DNA from: Nitrospirota bacterium
Lineage (GTDB): Bacteria; Nitrospirota; UBA9217
Direction of reading: 5' to 3'
Assembly (NCBI GenBank): GCA_963663225.1
Contig: OY760142.1
Location: 960,001 to 1,024,000, forward strand
Length of the DNA: 64,000 nucleotides
The position numbers were made by a program, and so were the translations under genes. The notes below the pieces were generated by a model. That model was not told the DNA's origin and did no database searches. It saw nothing but the letters and a program-made list of their open reading frames with translations. Below, in pieces: positions 8,693-17,996 of the stretch. Numbering within the stretch: the first letter of the stretch is position 1; the number at the start of each line of letters is the position of its first letter.

Positions 8693-10733
8693 AAACCTCT
8701 ATGGCGTTTTTTCCTTTATTCTTGGCCCGGTACAAAGCCTTGTCTGCATTTTCTATGAGTTTCTCGAGCGTTTCCCCGTGCTGGGGATAGCAGACAATCC
8801 CGATGCTGGCTGTGATCGCCCGCGATTCCAGCGGCTCCATGTCATCAGGGACCGTCATCTGCTTCGCAATATTGAAGCGAAGCCGTTCCGCGATTTCGAT
8901 GGCGAGCGGTTCCGGAGTCTCCGGCAGGATTACGATGAACTCATCTCCTCCGAACCTCGCAACAACGTCCATGGACCGGAGGGTGTTCAGCAACGTTTCC
9001 GCCAGCGTCTTGAGTATCTTGTCGCCGAAAAGATGGCCGAAGGTATCATTGCAGTATTTGAATCCGTCCAAGTCCAGCATGAGGAGGCTCAGGCTGTGGT
9101 TATGCCGTTCTGACCGGGCCAGTTCATCTTTCAGCCGCTCAAACAGGTACCGGCGGTTCAAGAGGCCCGTCAGAGAGTCCGTTATCGTCAGCTTTTTAAG
9201 CTCCTCAGCCTTCGTGTATAAGTCGTTTCTCTCCATGACGATGGCGGCGTGCGTCGCGAACGATTGCACCAGTTTCAGGTCTTCTTCATCAAAAACTTCG
9301 CCGGTAGTTTTGTCCGAGAGGTTCAGCACCCCGATGGTGCGGTCTTCGATTTTAAGCGGAACGCTGACAAACGACGGTGTTTTGTAATGCTGTCTGTTTT
9401 TTTGGCGTGTTCTTGGATCGTTTTCGACGTTTTCAACGAGCAGCGGTTCGCCAAGCTCCATCACCTTCCCGGCGATCCCTTCACCGCGATTGATCCGCAG
9501 CTTCAGACCCACTCCCGCAACGACTCCTTTTTTCACTTCAAGGAGAAGCGCATCCGTCGCCTGATCCAGCAGCATGAGCGACCCCTGCTCGGCCTTCAGC
9601 AGTTCCGCTGATTTTTCGAGAATCGTGCGGAGCAGCGTTTCGTGGTTCTGAATGGGCGTTATCGCCTTCGTGAGGTCCGCAAGCGTGGCAAACCGGTTGA
9701 ATTTCTTGTAGAGATCCTGGTGAAGGCGATGGTTCTCAATCGAAAGCGCCGTTTGCTGGCAGAACGTGGCGATGATCTGCTTGTCGCCCTCCTTGAGGAC
9801 CATGTCCGCGATGCGCACGATGGCCTCCAGTTTTTTGCTGATCAGAACAGGGAAAAAATAAAGCGCACCCATGCCGTTCAGGAAATCAGCGCGGGGGTCC
9901 CGCACCGGTTCCGCGGAAAGAACAAACGGTTTGCCGCTGTTGAGTTCGCGGACCATCGCGTCGTGTTCGCTGATCGCAACGGCTTCCATCGGCCGTTTGC
10001 TTCGCGTCAAACTGAACTGGCTGAGGTACCTCCCCTGTTTCTTGTCCAGCGGAAGGATGGCGATTGATTCTATGTCGAGCAGAGTGGAGAGCTTTTCCAC
10101 CATGTCCCGGTACAGCGCTTCGGGGCGCTCTTCGGATGCGCTGCCCCAGGTTCCCAGAATATGCTTGAGGTTCTCGAATTTTTTTCTGAGGGTAACGTTT
10201 TCCTGTGAATTCTTAAGAAGCCTGTTCACGACATCAGCCACAAAGCCGCAAACCTTGTAGGCATGCTCAAACGTCGTGAAGGTAAGCGGCGTCGGGATGG
10301 AAATCGTGTCAAGGCCCGCTATGCTGACAAGGTTCATGCATTCACGGAAATCCTCGTACGAGGAAAAAGATCCCTGCCCCAGGATAATTGCCTTTTCATG
10401 CATGTACTCGATCGGAAGGGAAAAGCATACGATCTTCGCATAGCATTTGTAGATCTCGGGTTTCCCGGTCTGCAGCGGTTTTGTCATTAACGGATCACAG
10501 TACGATTTGCACTGATCCTTGAGCGCCGGCGCGGACTTCTGGAACGCGCGGCACAGCGGCAGCGCGCCCGGGGAGGCGAAGAGCAGTTGCCTGGTCTGAG
10601 AATAGATGCTCAGGGAGAAGCCGAGGCTGTCAGAGAGCGTCGTGAAGTGGTCTCGCCACGTCTCGGTCGTGAAGAGGTCCTTCAGTTCATCTCCTTTAAT
10701 TGCGTTCAGCACGAGGCCTCCGACGAACCACAT
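8685..10733 (-). CDS. Sensor diguanylate cyclase (PocR-like + GAF + GGDEF)
   Basis: Cys-containing PocR-like N-terminus (LC...C...YKC), GAF domains, DSLTGLLNRR, I-site RSMD, RFGGDEF; start may be GTG 10712. Confidence 0.9.
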   Translation of the reverse strand: MWFVGGLVLNAIKGDELKDLFTTETWRDHFTTLSDSLGFSLSIYSQTRQLLFASPGALPLCRAFQKSAPALKDQCKSYCDPLMTKPLQTGKPEIYKCYAKIVCFSLPIEYMHEKAIILGQGSFSSYEDFRECMNLVSIAGLDTISIPTPLTFTTFEHAYKVCGFVADVVNRLLKNSQENVTLRKKFENLKHILGTWGSASEERPEALYRDMVEKLSTLLDIESIAILPLDKKQGRYLSQFSLTRSKRPMEAVAISEHDAMVRELNSGKPFVLSAEPVRDPRADFLNGMGALYFFPVLISKKLEAIVRIADMVLKEGDKQIIATFCQQTALSIENHRLHQDLYKKFNRFATLADLTKAITPIQNHETLLRTILEKSAELLKAEQGSLMLLDQATDALLLEVKKGVVAGVGLKLRINRGEGIAGKVMELGEPLLVENVENDPRTRQKNRQHYKTPSFVSVPLKIEDRTIGVLNLSDKTTGEVFDEEDLKLVQSFATHAAIVMERNDLYTKAEELKKLTITDSLTGLLNRRYLFERLKDELARSERHNHSLSLLMLDLDGFKYCNDTFGHLFGDKILKTLAETLLNTLRSMDVVARFGGDEFIVILPETPEPLAIEIAERLRFNIAKQMTVPDDMEPLESRAITASIGIVCYPQHGETLEKLIENADKALYRAKNKGKNAIEVFA

Positions 10734-11231
10734 CCTTTGCTGCAGAACAACGTTTTGAATAGCTAAACCGACGCATCGCGCAATGCGGAAGCCTGGCGGA
10801 GTTGCAGAGTGTCCGTGTGAATCACGAGGAGTGCGGAATACTCAGGGGAACTGTATTCAGCCGTCTATTCACCCTCGGATATCAAACGCCGTGCAGATGC
10901 CTTGCCGCGCTGCAAAAAAACCTTGTAAGATATTGTTTTAATTCGCCAGAACGGAAAAAGAAACTTTTAAACCGCATTATAATTACCATAAGACTGATAG
11001 GGCGTCAAGGAAAATCAAGGGAAGAATATACCAGAAAAAATTGGCGATTTGCGGGCCTGGGCGATGCTTCGGAAAGCGACCAAAAAACATTTTTTTTTGC
11101 TTTTTTTCTGCGTGTATTATCGCCGCTGTGAACGAAAAAAAACATCGTGCGAAGCATTCTGAAATGGAGCCCGCTCCGGCAGGAGCAGAGGGTCGCAGGG
11201 AAGGGATTGGTGGATGCAATTGTTCCCTTTT

Positions 11232-12104
11232 TTACAGCGCAATCGGCGGCTTCTGGTCTGCGTGCAGCACATCATGCGCAGGGTCTTCCAGCTGCGCATA
11301 GCTGGAAACCGTGCCGAGCTTCCAGGTATAGACTTTGCTGCACTTGACGCACGCCACTCCGGTGACTTCGTCTTTGCAGACAGGGCAATACACTTCATAG
11401 CGCCGTGAAAGTTGGGAATCGTATTTCCGAATATTTATTCGTATCCCCCGGCAGGAAATTTCATTGTTCAGCTTTGCTCCGCAGATGCATTGCAGGTCAA
11501 GCGGCCAGGGAAGCATTTCCTCGAGAGTACACGCCGCTTCACAAAGAAGGTCTTCAAGCTCATCATGTTCGGTATATCCCAGCAGCTTTTCGGTAAGTTT
11601 TTCTCGAATGCTGATCATCAGGGCGTCTTCTTTCAAAAACCGAAGCATCTTCAGCAGCCGCTTTTCTCCTTCTCCTATCCGGGAGAGCGTGCGAAAATTT
11701 TTGTGGTTTTTATAATACTCCTGCAAGTAAATCAGCAGCCAGATTTGCGTCATGTCATAAAAAAATTCCAGCACGGGGTAGTAGCCGTATTTTGCTTTAA
11801 TGGCCCGTTCCACATCCGCACGGTCTTCCGGTATGGCGGGAAATACGGCAATCAAGAGCCCTTCCTCGAAGTCTTCGTAAAAAAATGGGGTGCCTGAAAA
11901 ATGACTGTATCCGCAATGGGTGCACTGAACATTGTTGAATTCCCAGTTTAAAAGCGCGGTTTTTGCCTGCGAAGTTTTGGTAACGTCGACCCAGGTTATG
12001 ATGCGGGCCTCAAACTCGCAATTGCACTTGTGGCACTGAAAGGTTTCAGTACTGTAGGCTTCCGCATTTCGTGCAAGCAAATTGAACATAATTTTATTAT
12101 ACAC
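11232..12104 (-). CDS. CpXC-domain Cys-rich protein
   Basis: CHKC and CTHCG followed by PFFYED (CpXC pattern); C-terminal CICG, CPVC, CVKC. Confidence 0.6.
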   Translation of the reverse strand: MYNKIMFNLLARNAEAYSTETFQCHKCNCEFEARIITWVDVTKTSQAKTALLNWEFNNVQCTHCGYSHFSGTPFFYEDFEEGLLIAVFPAIPEDRADVERAIKAKYGYYPVLEFFYDMTQIWLLIYLQEYYKNHKNFRTLSRIGEGEKRLLKMLRFLKEDALMISIREKLTEKLLGYTEHDELEDLLCEAACTLEEMLPWPLDLQCICGAKLNNEISCRGIRINIRKYDSQLSRRYEVYCPVCKDEVTGVACVKCSKVYTWKLGTVSSYAQLEDPAHDVLHADQKPPIAL

Positions 12105-12245
12105 TTTTTTTTAAAACTTACTTCAAAATACTCTTGCGTTTGTGGTAATATAGCCCCCGTTACACGGGCCGACAAGCATATTGATGCAGAAAGATACATT
12201 TTATGAACTATATTTTCAAGAATTCTTTTATGAAAGGGACTTTTC

Positions 12246-14507
12246 ATGCCTGTTAAAGATGATACAATCCTGACTGCCGCGCTCCACTCGGAAGTCGAGA
12301 CCAGGTTTCTTACCTATGCGCTTTCGACCATTGTCTCCCGTTCTCTTCCGGATGTCCGCGACGGATTGAAGCCGGTGCACCGCAGAATACTGTTTGCGAT
12401 GTGGGAGATGGGCCTCGGCCCCACTGCCAAATTCAGGAAAAGCGCCGCGGTCGTCGGTGAGGTGCTGGGCAAATTCCACCCGCATGGAGATCAGGCCGCC
12501 TATGACGCCATGGTCAGAATGGCGCAGGACTTTTCGCTGCGGTACCCCCTGGTGGAAGGGTCGGGAAACTTCGGCAGTCTCGACGGCGACCCTGCGGCCG
12601 CCATGCGATACACGGAAGCAAGGCTCTCCCGGATTGCGGAAGAGCTCCTTGTAGAAATCGACAAGGAGACCGTAGGTTTCCGACCCAACTACGACAACTC
12701 GCTCAAAGAACCGTCCGTGCTGCCCGCCCGTTTCCCGCAGCTTCTTGTGAACGGGACGTCGGGAATCGCGGTCGGCATGAGCTGCTCCTTCCCTCCGCAC
12801 AACCTCGGTGAAATAGTTGACGGCCTCGTGGCCCTCATCGACGACTCCAACATCGATGTCAAGGACCTGCTCAAATACATAAAGGGCCCGGACTTCCCGA
12901 CCGCAGGGCAGATACTGAACTCCAAAAAAGAGATGAAAGAGATCTATCAGACCGGCAGCGGCGGAATCAGAATCCGCGGCGAATATACGGTTGAAGATCT
13001 TCCGCGCGGGAAGCAGGCCATTGTGTTTTCCTCCATCCCGTACATGGTGAACAAGGCGAAGCTGCTGGAGAAGCTCCTCGGCCTGATGGAGGACAAGAAA
13101 CTTCCCCAGGTCACCGCGGTCCGGGATGAGTCAACTCATGAAGTCAGGCTTGTGCTTGAACTGAAAGCAGATACGAACGCAGAACTCGTGACAGCCTATA
13201 TTTTCAAGCACACGGACCTCGAGTCCACCTTCCCGATGAATTTCACGGCGCTCAAGCCCAACATGGAGCCGGAGCGGCTGTCCCTGAAGGAATTGATGCA
13301 GTACTTCCTCGACTTCCGGTTTGAGATCACCACCAAACGGCTCAACTACGATCTGCGTCTCCTGAAAGCGCGGCTGCACATATTAAAAGCGTTCGAGCTG
13401 CTGTACGATGATCTCGATACCGCCATCAAAATAATCCGCAGGGCAAAATCACGCGAGGACGCCACGGAGAAGCTGAAAAAGCATTTTAAATTCGATGATG
13501 AACAGGTAAAAGCCATTCTCGAAATGCAGTTATACAGGCTCGTGGGCCTTGAGATTGAACGCATCCTGAAGGAAAAAGCGGAAAAAACGAAACTGAAAAA
13601 AGATATAGAGGCAATTCTCGCGAGCCAGAAAAAGATCTGGGGTTTGATCAAAACAGAGCTGGTTGAAATCCAGGAAAAGTACGGCGACAAGCGCAAGTCC
13701 GTGATCAAGGCGGCTGAGGACGTGGAATTCACCCAGGAAGACTTCATCGTGCATGAGGACATTACCGTGATCCTCACGAAAATGGGATGGATAAGGCGCG
13801 TGAAGACCGTGGGAGAAAACCTGCGGTTCAAGGAAGGAGACGACCTCCTGTCGCTCCTGCCTGCGAACACCCGGGACAGTATCGCCATTTTTTCCTCGGC
13901 AGGAAAAGTGTATGTGATAAAGGCCCATGATCTTCCCTCCGGAGCAGGTTTCGGCGAACCGGTCCAGAGCCTGTTTAAATTCGGCGATGGGGAGCGTCCG
14001 GTGTCCACGATGAACTTCTCAACCGTTTTCGGCGGAGGCGCCGCCGCAGGCGACGAACAGGGAAAACAGCCCCAGCTTTCACTCGGAGCGGAAAACGCTG
14101 TTGCACTCAGCGTTTCGGCAAAAGGGATCGGATTCAAGTTCGAACTTTCCCAGTTCAACGCCGTGACCACGCGCGCGGGAAAGAAATTCGCCGGGGTCAA
14201 AACCGGAGACAGCATTATGGGCGTGGACATCATCGACCTGCCGAATGTGCTGTTCCTCACCACGGAGGGCAAGGCAGTTGTCGTGGCCGCAAAAGACATC
14301 CCCCTTCTTTCCGGCGCAGGCAAGGGAGTCAAGCTCGTGAATGTCAAAGCCGGGGAAGTGGCGCTCTTCCGTCCTGTGCGCAAAGGCGACCAGGTACGGG
14401 TGATCGACGAAAAAGACAAGGAAAAAACCATCGACCTCAAGGGCTACGGCGTAATGACACGCGGCAGTGTCGGCCTGAAGGCGGTAAAGGCAGTCAGGTT
14501 CGTGTAG
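12246..14507 (+). CDS. parC: Type IIA topoisomerase subunit A, probably topoisomerase IV ParC
   Basis: [14 protein letters not shown], catalytic AAMRYTE, GPDFPT; 753 aa with short CTD and no QRRGGKG GyrA-box. Confidence 0.75.
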   Translation: MPVKDDTILTAALHSEVETRFLTYALSTIVSRSLPDVRDGLKPVHRRILFAMWEMGLGPTAKFRKSAAVVGEVLGKFHPHGDQAAYDAMVRMAQDFSLRYPLVEGSGNFGSLDGDPAAAMRYTEARLSRIAEELLVEIDKETVGFRPNYDNSLKEPSVLPARFPQLLVNGTSGIAVGMSCSFPPHNLGEIVDGLVALIDDSNIDVKDLLKYIKGPDFPTAGQILNSKKEMKEIYQTGSGGIRIRGEYTVEDLPRGKQAIVFSSIPYMVNKAKLLEKLLGLMEDKKLPQVTAVRDESTHEVRLVLELKADTNAELVTAYIFKHTDLESTFPMNFTALKPNMEPERLSLKELMQYFLDFRFEITTKRLNYDLRLLKARLHILKAFELLYDDLDTAIKIIRRAKSREDATEKLKKHFKFDDEQVKAILEMQLYRLVGLEIERILKEKAEKTKLKKDIEAILASQKKIWGLIKTELVEIQEKYGDKRKSVIKAAEDVEFTQEDFIVHEDITVILTKMGWIRRVKTVGENLRFKEGDDLLSLLPANTRDSIAIFSSAGKVYVIKAHDLPSGAGFGEPVQSLFKFGDGERPVSTMNFSTVFGGGAAAGDEQGKQPQLSLGAENAVALSVSAKGIGFKFELSQFNAVTTRAGKKFAGVKTGDSIMGVDIIDLPNVLFLTTEGKAVVVAAKDIPLLSGAGKGVKLVNVKAGEVALFRPVRKGDQVRVIDEKDKEKTIDLKGYGVMTRGSVGLKAVKAVRFV

Positions 14508-14541
14508 CAGAAAACAGCGGCCCTGTGATCCTTTTATAATT

Positions 14542-14961
14542 ATGAAAAGTTACCGAAAAGAACTCTGGTTCAATATCCCCGCGCGCCGGGGGTTCGTGAA
14601 TATCACTCCGCAGGTCGAAGCCTGCCTTCGCGAAAGCGGAGTCAGGGAAGGCATGATTCTGGTAAATGCAATGCATATTACCGCTTCAGTCTTCATCAAC
14701 GACGATGAATCCGGGCTGCATCATGATTATGACGTCTGGCTGGAGAAGCTCGCGCCCCACGAGCCGGTTTCACAGTATCAGCACAACCGGACCGGCGAGG
14801 ACAACGGCGACGCCCATCTGAAGCGGCAGGTGATGGGACGCGAAGTCGTGGTGGCTGTGACAGACGGCAGACTTGATTTCGGCCCCTGGGAGCAGATTTT
14901 CTACGGCGAGTTCGACGGGAGAAGAAGGAAGCGGGTCTTGGTGAAAATCATCGGGGAATAA
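14542..14961 (+). CDS. yjbQ: YjbQ/UPF0047 family protein
   Basis: [30 protein letters not shown]. Confidence 0.9.
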   Translation: MKSYRKELWFNIPARRGFVNITPQVEACLRESGVREGMILVNAMHITASVFINDDESGLHHDYDVWLEKLAPHEPVSQYQHNRTGEDNGDAHLKRQVMGREVVVAVTDGRLDFGPWEQIFYGEFDGRRRKRVLVKIIGE

Positions 14962-14971
14962 CTGAGCTGCT

Positions 14972-15274
14972 TTACCCGCAGCAGCTGCCGCTTTTTCCTG
15001 ACGTGTCGCTGCACCCGCAGGTCGGCTCCCCGCCAGTAATCATGCTGTTGATGATGGCGGCGGCGCATCCCACGCCGGCCTTGACAATAATGGCGCCGAA
15101 ATCGCAGTTCCGGGCGCAGGCGCCGCATTCCAGACACAAATCCTTGTCCGTAACAGCGGCCCGCTTTTCATGCATGACAAAAACTCCGCGCGGGCAAACC
15201 TCGACGCACCGTCCGCACCCCGCGCATTTGTCCGCGGCATATTCCAGTGTCGTAACATCAGCGAGATATTTCAT
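14972..15274 (-). CDS. hgcB: Mercury methylation ferredoxin HgcB
   Basis: Two CxxCxxCxxxC motifs including CLECGAC, conserved GVGCA, C-terminal CC; ATG overlaps the hgcA stop (ATGA 15271-15274). Confidence 0.93.
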   Translation of the reverse strand: MKYLADVTTLEYAADKCAGCGRCVEVCPRGVFVMHEKRAAVTDKDLCLECGACARNCDFGAIIVKAGVGCAAAIINSMITGGEPTCGCSDTSGKSGSCCG

Positions 15275-16425
15275 AGAATCCCCCATTCAGCAATCTTGTA
15301 CAAAACCACCAGCAGCAGCGTTATTCCGGCCGAGCTGATATAAACCGGAAGGCCGAGCTTCAGCTCTTTTTGCACCCCGGACATGCCGGTAAATGTCGTT
15401 GACCCGGTGAATTGAAGCGCAATATACGAACTCAGCAGAGGAAAAAACAGCCACGCTATGACAAGAAGCAGGACGCTGCTTTGCAGCGCCGCGTTCAAAA
15501 ACAGCATGACTGCCGACAGGGCCACCACGCCCATGAGCCACCCTTTCACCGCAAACGAGCGGACCGGGATGAACGGGAGCAATACCGGTGTCAGGAATGC
15601 TCCCGCGACGATTGCCGCAAACCCGAGCAGCAGAAACGGCAGGCCGCCGGTCCATGCCTGCTGGAACAGAATGCCGGAAGGCTGAAGACCGAAGATGAGC
15701 AGAACCGCTGCGGCAAACCACGGATACTTTTTCATGAACGGGTTGATCTCCATCGGAGTGAGAACAAGCCTGTCAAGCAGGGAAAACTGCATAAGACTCA
15801 TCTCCTTCGTTTTCCTGTACCCTGCCCTGATGTAGGCAGGAATATCGGCGGCCTGCACCGGGCCGTAGGAGACGGTGAACCCTGTTTTCTTTTTGACTTC
15901 TCCCGAACTCACTCCCACGGCCCCGAGTTGAGGAACAATGATCCTGCGGTGACTGACCACGGCGTCCAGCTTTGCTCCCTGGATGCGCTTTATCAGTTCA
16001 TCCGTGCCGAACGTCCCCTTGCCTGCCGCGCACCAGACATTGATTCCCTTGGTATCCAGCACCAGAATCCACGCGTTCATTCCCCTCAGTTCGCGCCGGA
16101 GCACATCGAAGCTGAACTTGTAATTGGCGCTCACGAAGACATCGGATTCGTTTGATGGTTCTCCCACCGCGTACAAGCCCGGTGAAACAGTGTACCGCGT
16201 GCGGAAAGCGCTGATTCTGCATTTGATCATGCCCCAGTAGTCTGACCGGGTCCATTCGGTTGAAACGTTCCGGATTGTGCCGGATGTCGAGCGATCCCAG
16301 CCAAGAGTAATCTGCGGCAGCGCCTTTTCCGTGGAGCAGCATGTTTTCGGGGCAGGAGCTGCACAGCAGGATTCATCCGGTTGCTTGTTCTCGCGAGGAA
16401 GAATGGTCAGTTTAATTTTTTGCAT
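15271..16425 (-). CDS. hgcA: Mercury methylation corrinoid protein HgcA
   Basis: Cap-helix NVWCAAGK (16018-16041), PGLYAVG, SANYKFSFD, VPQLGA, several C-terminal TM helices, hgcB directly downstream; start at MQKIK after AGGAAAGG. Confidence 0.95.
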   Translation of the reverse strand: MQKIKLTILPRENKQPDESCCAAPAPKTCCSTEKALPQITLGWDRSTSGTIRNVSTEWTRSDYWGMIKCRISAFRTRYTVSPGLYAVGEPSNESDVFVSANYKFSFDVLRRELRGMNAWILVLDTKGINVWCAAGKGTFGTDELIKRIQGAKLDAVVSHRRIIVPQLGAVGVSSGEVKKKTGFTVSYGPVQAADIPAYIRAGYRKTKEMSLMQFSLLDRLVLTPMEINPFMKKYPWFAAAVLLIFGLQPSGILFQQAWTGGLPFLLLGFAAIVAGAFLTPVLLPFIPVRSFAVKGWLMGVVALSAVMLFLNAALQSSVLLLVIAWLFFPLLSSYIALQFTGSTTFTGMSGVQKELKLGLPVYISSAGITLLLVVLYKIAEWGIL

Positions 16426-16436
16426 ACATGCCTTTC

Positions 16437-17996
16437 CTACAGCTGTTTTTTGTTTCTGATTCCGTTGTATTTTTTGTCTGCGAACATTACCACGCACGAA
16501 ATCAGGACCGCGCCTACAAGCAGACTGATTGAAGCAAGCATGTTGTTCAGAAGCGCGGGCCGGAGCAGAAGAACCGTTCCCAGGCCGAGCATCATCATTC
16601 CGGAGACCAGCTTCAGTACGCGGCCCTGGCGTTCCGTCAATTGCTTTTTACCCAAGGTATGCGTGAAGATGATTACGATGACCGCCAGCGGTATGATGTA
16701 GATGAGGTTATAGAGCATCAGATAACAATAATAGATGGAGAGCGGCAGCTGGTTCAGAGTAAGAATCCGGGTGAAGACCATGGGGAACCCGGCGGTGCAG
16801 AGCAATTCATACGAATTGGCGACAATGGCAAGCACCGCTGAACCGACTATCATCGATGCAACGGATGTGGAACGCATCAGTTTTCGCATGCGATCGAACA
16901 GCTTCGGCTTCGCACTGTCGGGGATGGTGAGCGACACGTCCGTTTTGAACGAAAAAAAATCCTTGATATTGATTGCGGCAATGAGTATCGAGACGATTCC
17001 TGCTATGGCTGTGATGAGCGCAACCTGTCCCATGACCAGAAAAAGATTCAGCCACGCGGCCATGAACACAAAGTAGATGAATCCGGAAAAAAAGACGAAG
17101 ATGCCGCCGATGAACAGCATGCGTGTTCTGGACCGCGCGTGCACCAGAAGGCCGAGTAGGGCGAACAGGACAAAAAACGCGCAGGGATTGAAGCTGTCGA
17201 GCCCTGCAATCACGATCGTCATGACCGGCAGCGACATCCCGGCGGGATCAAACCTGCCGAGAAACGGGATATCGATGAGCTCTCCTCTTCCGCCGGTTGA
17301 ATTCGCGTCCGGTTTCACCGCGGTTCCGGCAGAGGGAGATGTTGCTGCGTTCATATTGGATTTTCGCGCGGCGGTTTTCGGAGCCGGTTCGGCTGCAGCC
17401 GATGGGCGGACAGCCTGTTCTTGCAAGGAGGCCAGCGGATCCGGACAGCCTGAGGCCGAGCACTTTTTTATCAGGTCAAGCAATTCAGTTTTCATCGTGT
17501 TTGAAAAACCCACGAATGCCTTGCTGCCGATGAACGTGACGGGAACACCACTCGGGGTTAATCCGTATTTTCCCGCCAGCCGGTTCAGCAATGCGGCATT
17601 GTTCCGGTCATACCAGACCTCATATAACTTGACCCTCATCGATGGATACTGTCTTCCGATTTCCTTCAAAAAATCTTTTTCATCCGCACAGTGAGGACAT
17701 CCATCTCCCCAGAATAAGATGATTGTAAAAGGCTTCAATGAACCCGCGGCGGTTGATAGTTTTTTTTGTGAAATTGTCGATCCGGAAGAAGCGGCCGGGC
17801 TGCCTGTCTCCGCGCCCGGCAATGCAGGCGGAGGAGGGCAGTTTTCCGGCGCGTCCGGGAGTGGAAGCAATGGCTGCTGCACTGTTGAAACAGGGCTGTT
17901 TTGCATAGGCTGCGGGGCAGCCTCGGCCCCCCAAACCGGCACTGTTGAAAAAAACGCCAGCATAAACCAGGCCGGAACCGCGGTCATTGTTTTCAC
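16437..17996 (-). CDS. Thioredoxin/glutaredoxin-fold + CcdA/DsbD-like membrane protein
   Basis: Signal-like N-terminus, CPHC and GVP thioredoxin motifs, TM domain with DSFNPCAF and ELLCTAGFP Cys pair. Confidence 0.75.
   Translation of the reverse strand: MKTMTAVPAWFMLAFFSTVPVWGAEAAPQPMQNSPVSTVQQPLLPLPDAPENCPPPPALPGAETGSPAASSGSTISQKKLSTAAGSLKPFTIILFWGDGCPHCADEKDFLKEIGRQYPSMRVKLYEVWYDRNNAALLNRLAGKYGLTPSGVPVTFIGSKAFVGFSNTMKTELLDLIKKCSASGCPDPLASLQEQAVRPSAAAEPAPKTAARKSNMNAATSPSAGTAVKPDANSTGGRGELIDIPFLGRFDPAGMSLPVMTIVIAGLDSFNPCAFFVLFALLGLLVHARSRTRMLFIGGIFVFFSGFIYFVFMAAWLNLFLVMGQVALITAIAGIVSILIAAINIKDFFSFKTDVSLTIPDSAKPKLFDRMRKLMRSTSVASMIVGSAVLAIVANSYELLCTAGFPMVFTRILTLNQLPLSIYYCYLMLYNLIYIIPLAVIVIIFTHTLGKKQLTERQGRVLKLVSGMMMLGLGTVLLLRPALLNNMLASISLLVGAVLISCVVMFADKKYNGIRNKKQL

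Noticed and set aside
10734-11231. 500-bp region upstream of the diguanylate cyclase as a possible c-di-GMP riboswitch
   Set aside because: No GEMM-type GGCAAA..GAAA..GACGCAAA pattern or convincing stems found; only A/T tracts and a weak TTGACG promoter
12246-14507. Calling the topoisomerase gyrA
   Set aside because: No GyrA-box and a shortened CTD; ParC fits better, though phylogeny is needed
17881-17950. ACTGTTGAAA repeated 60 bp apart
   Set aside because: Only two copies inside a coding region (Ser-Thr-Val); not a CRISPR or tandem array
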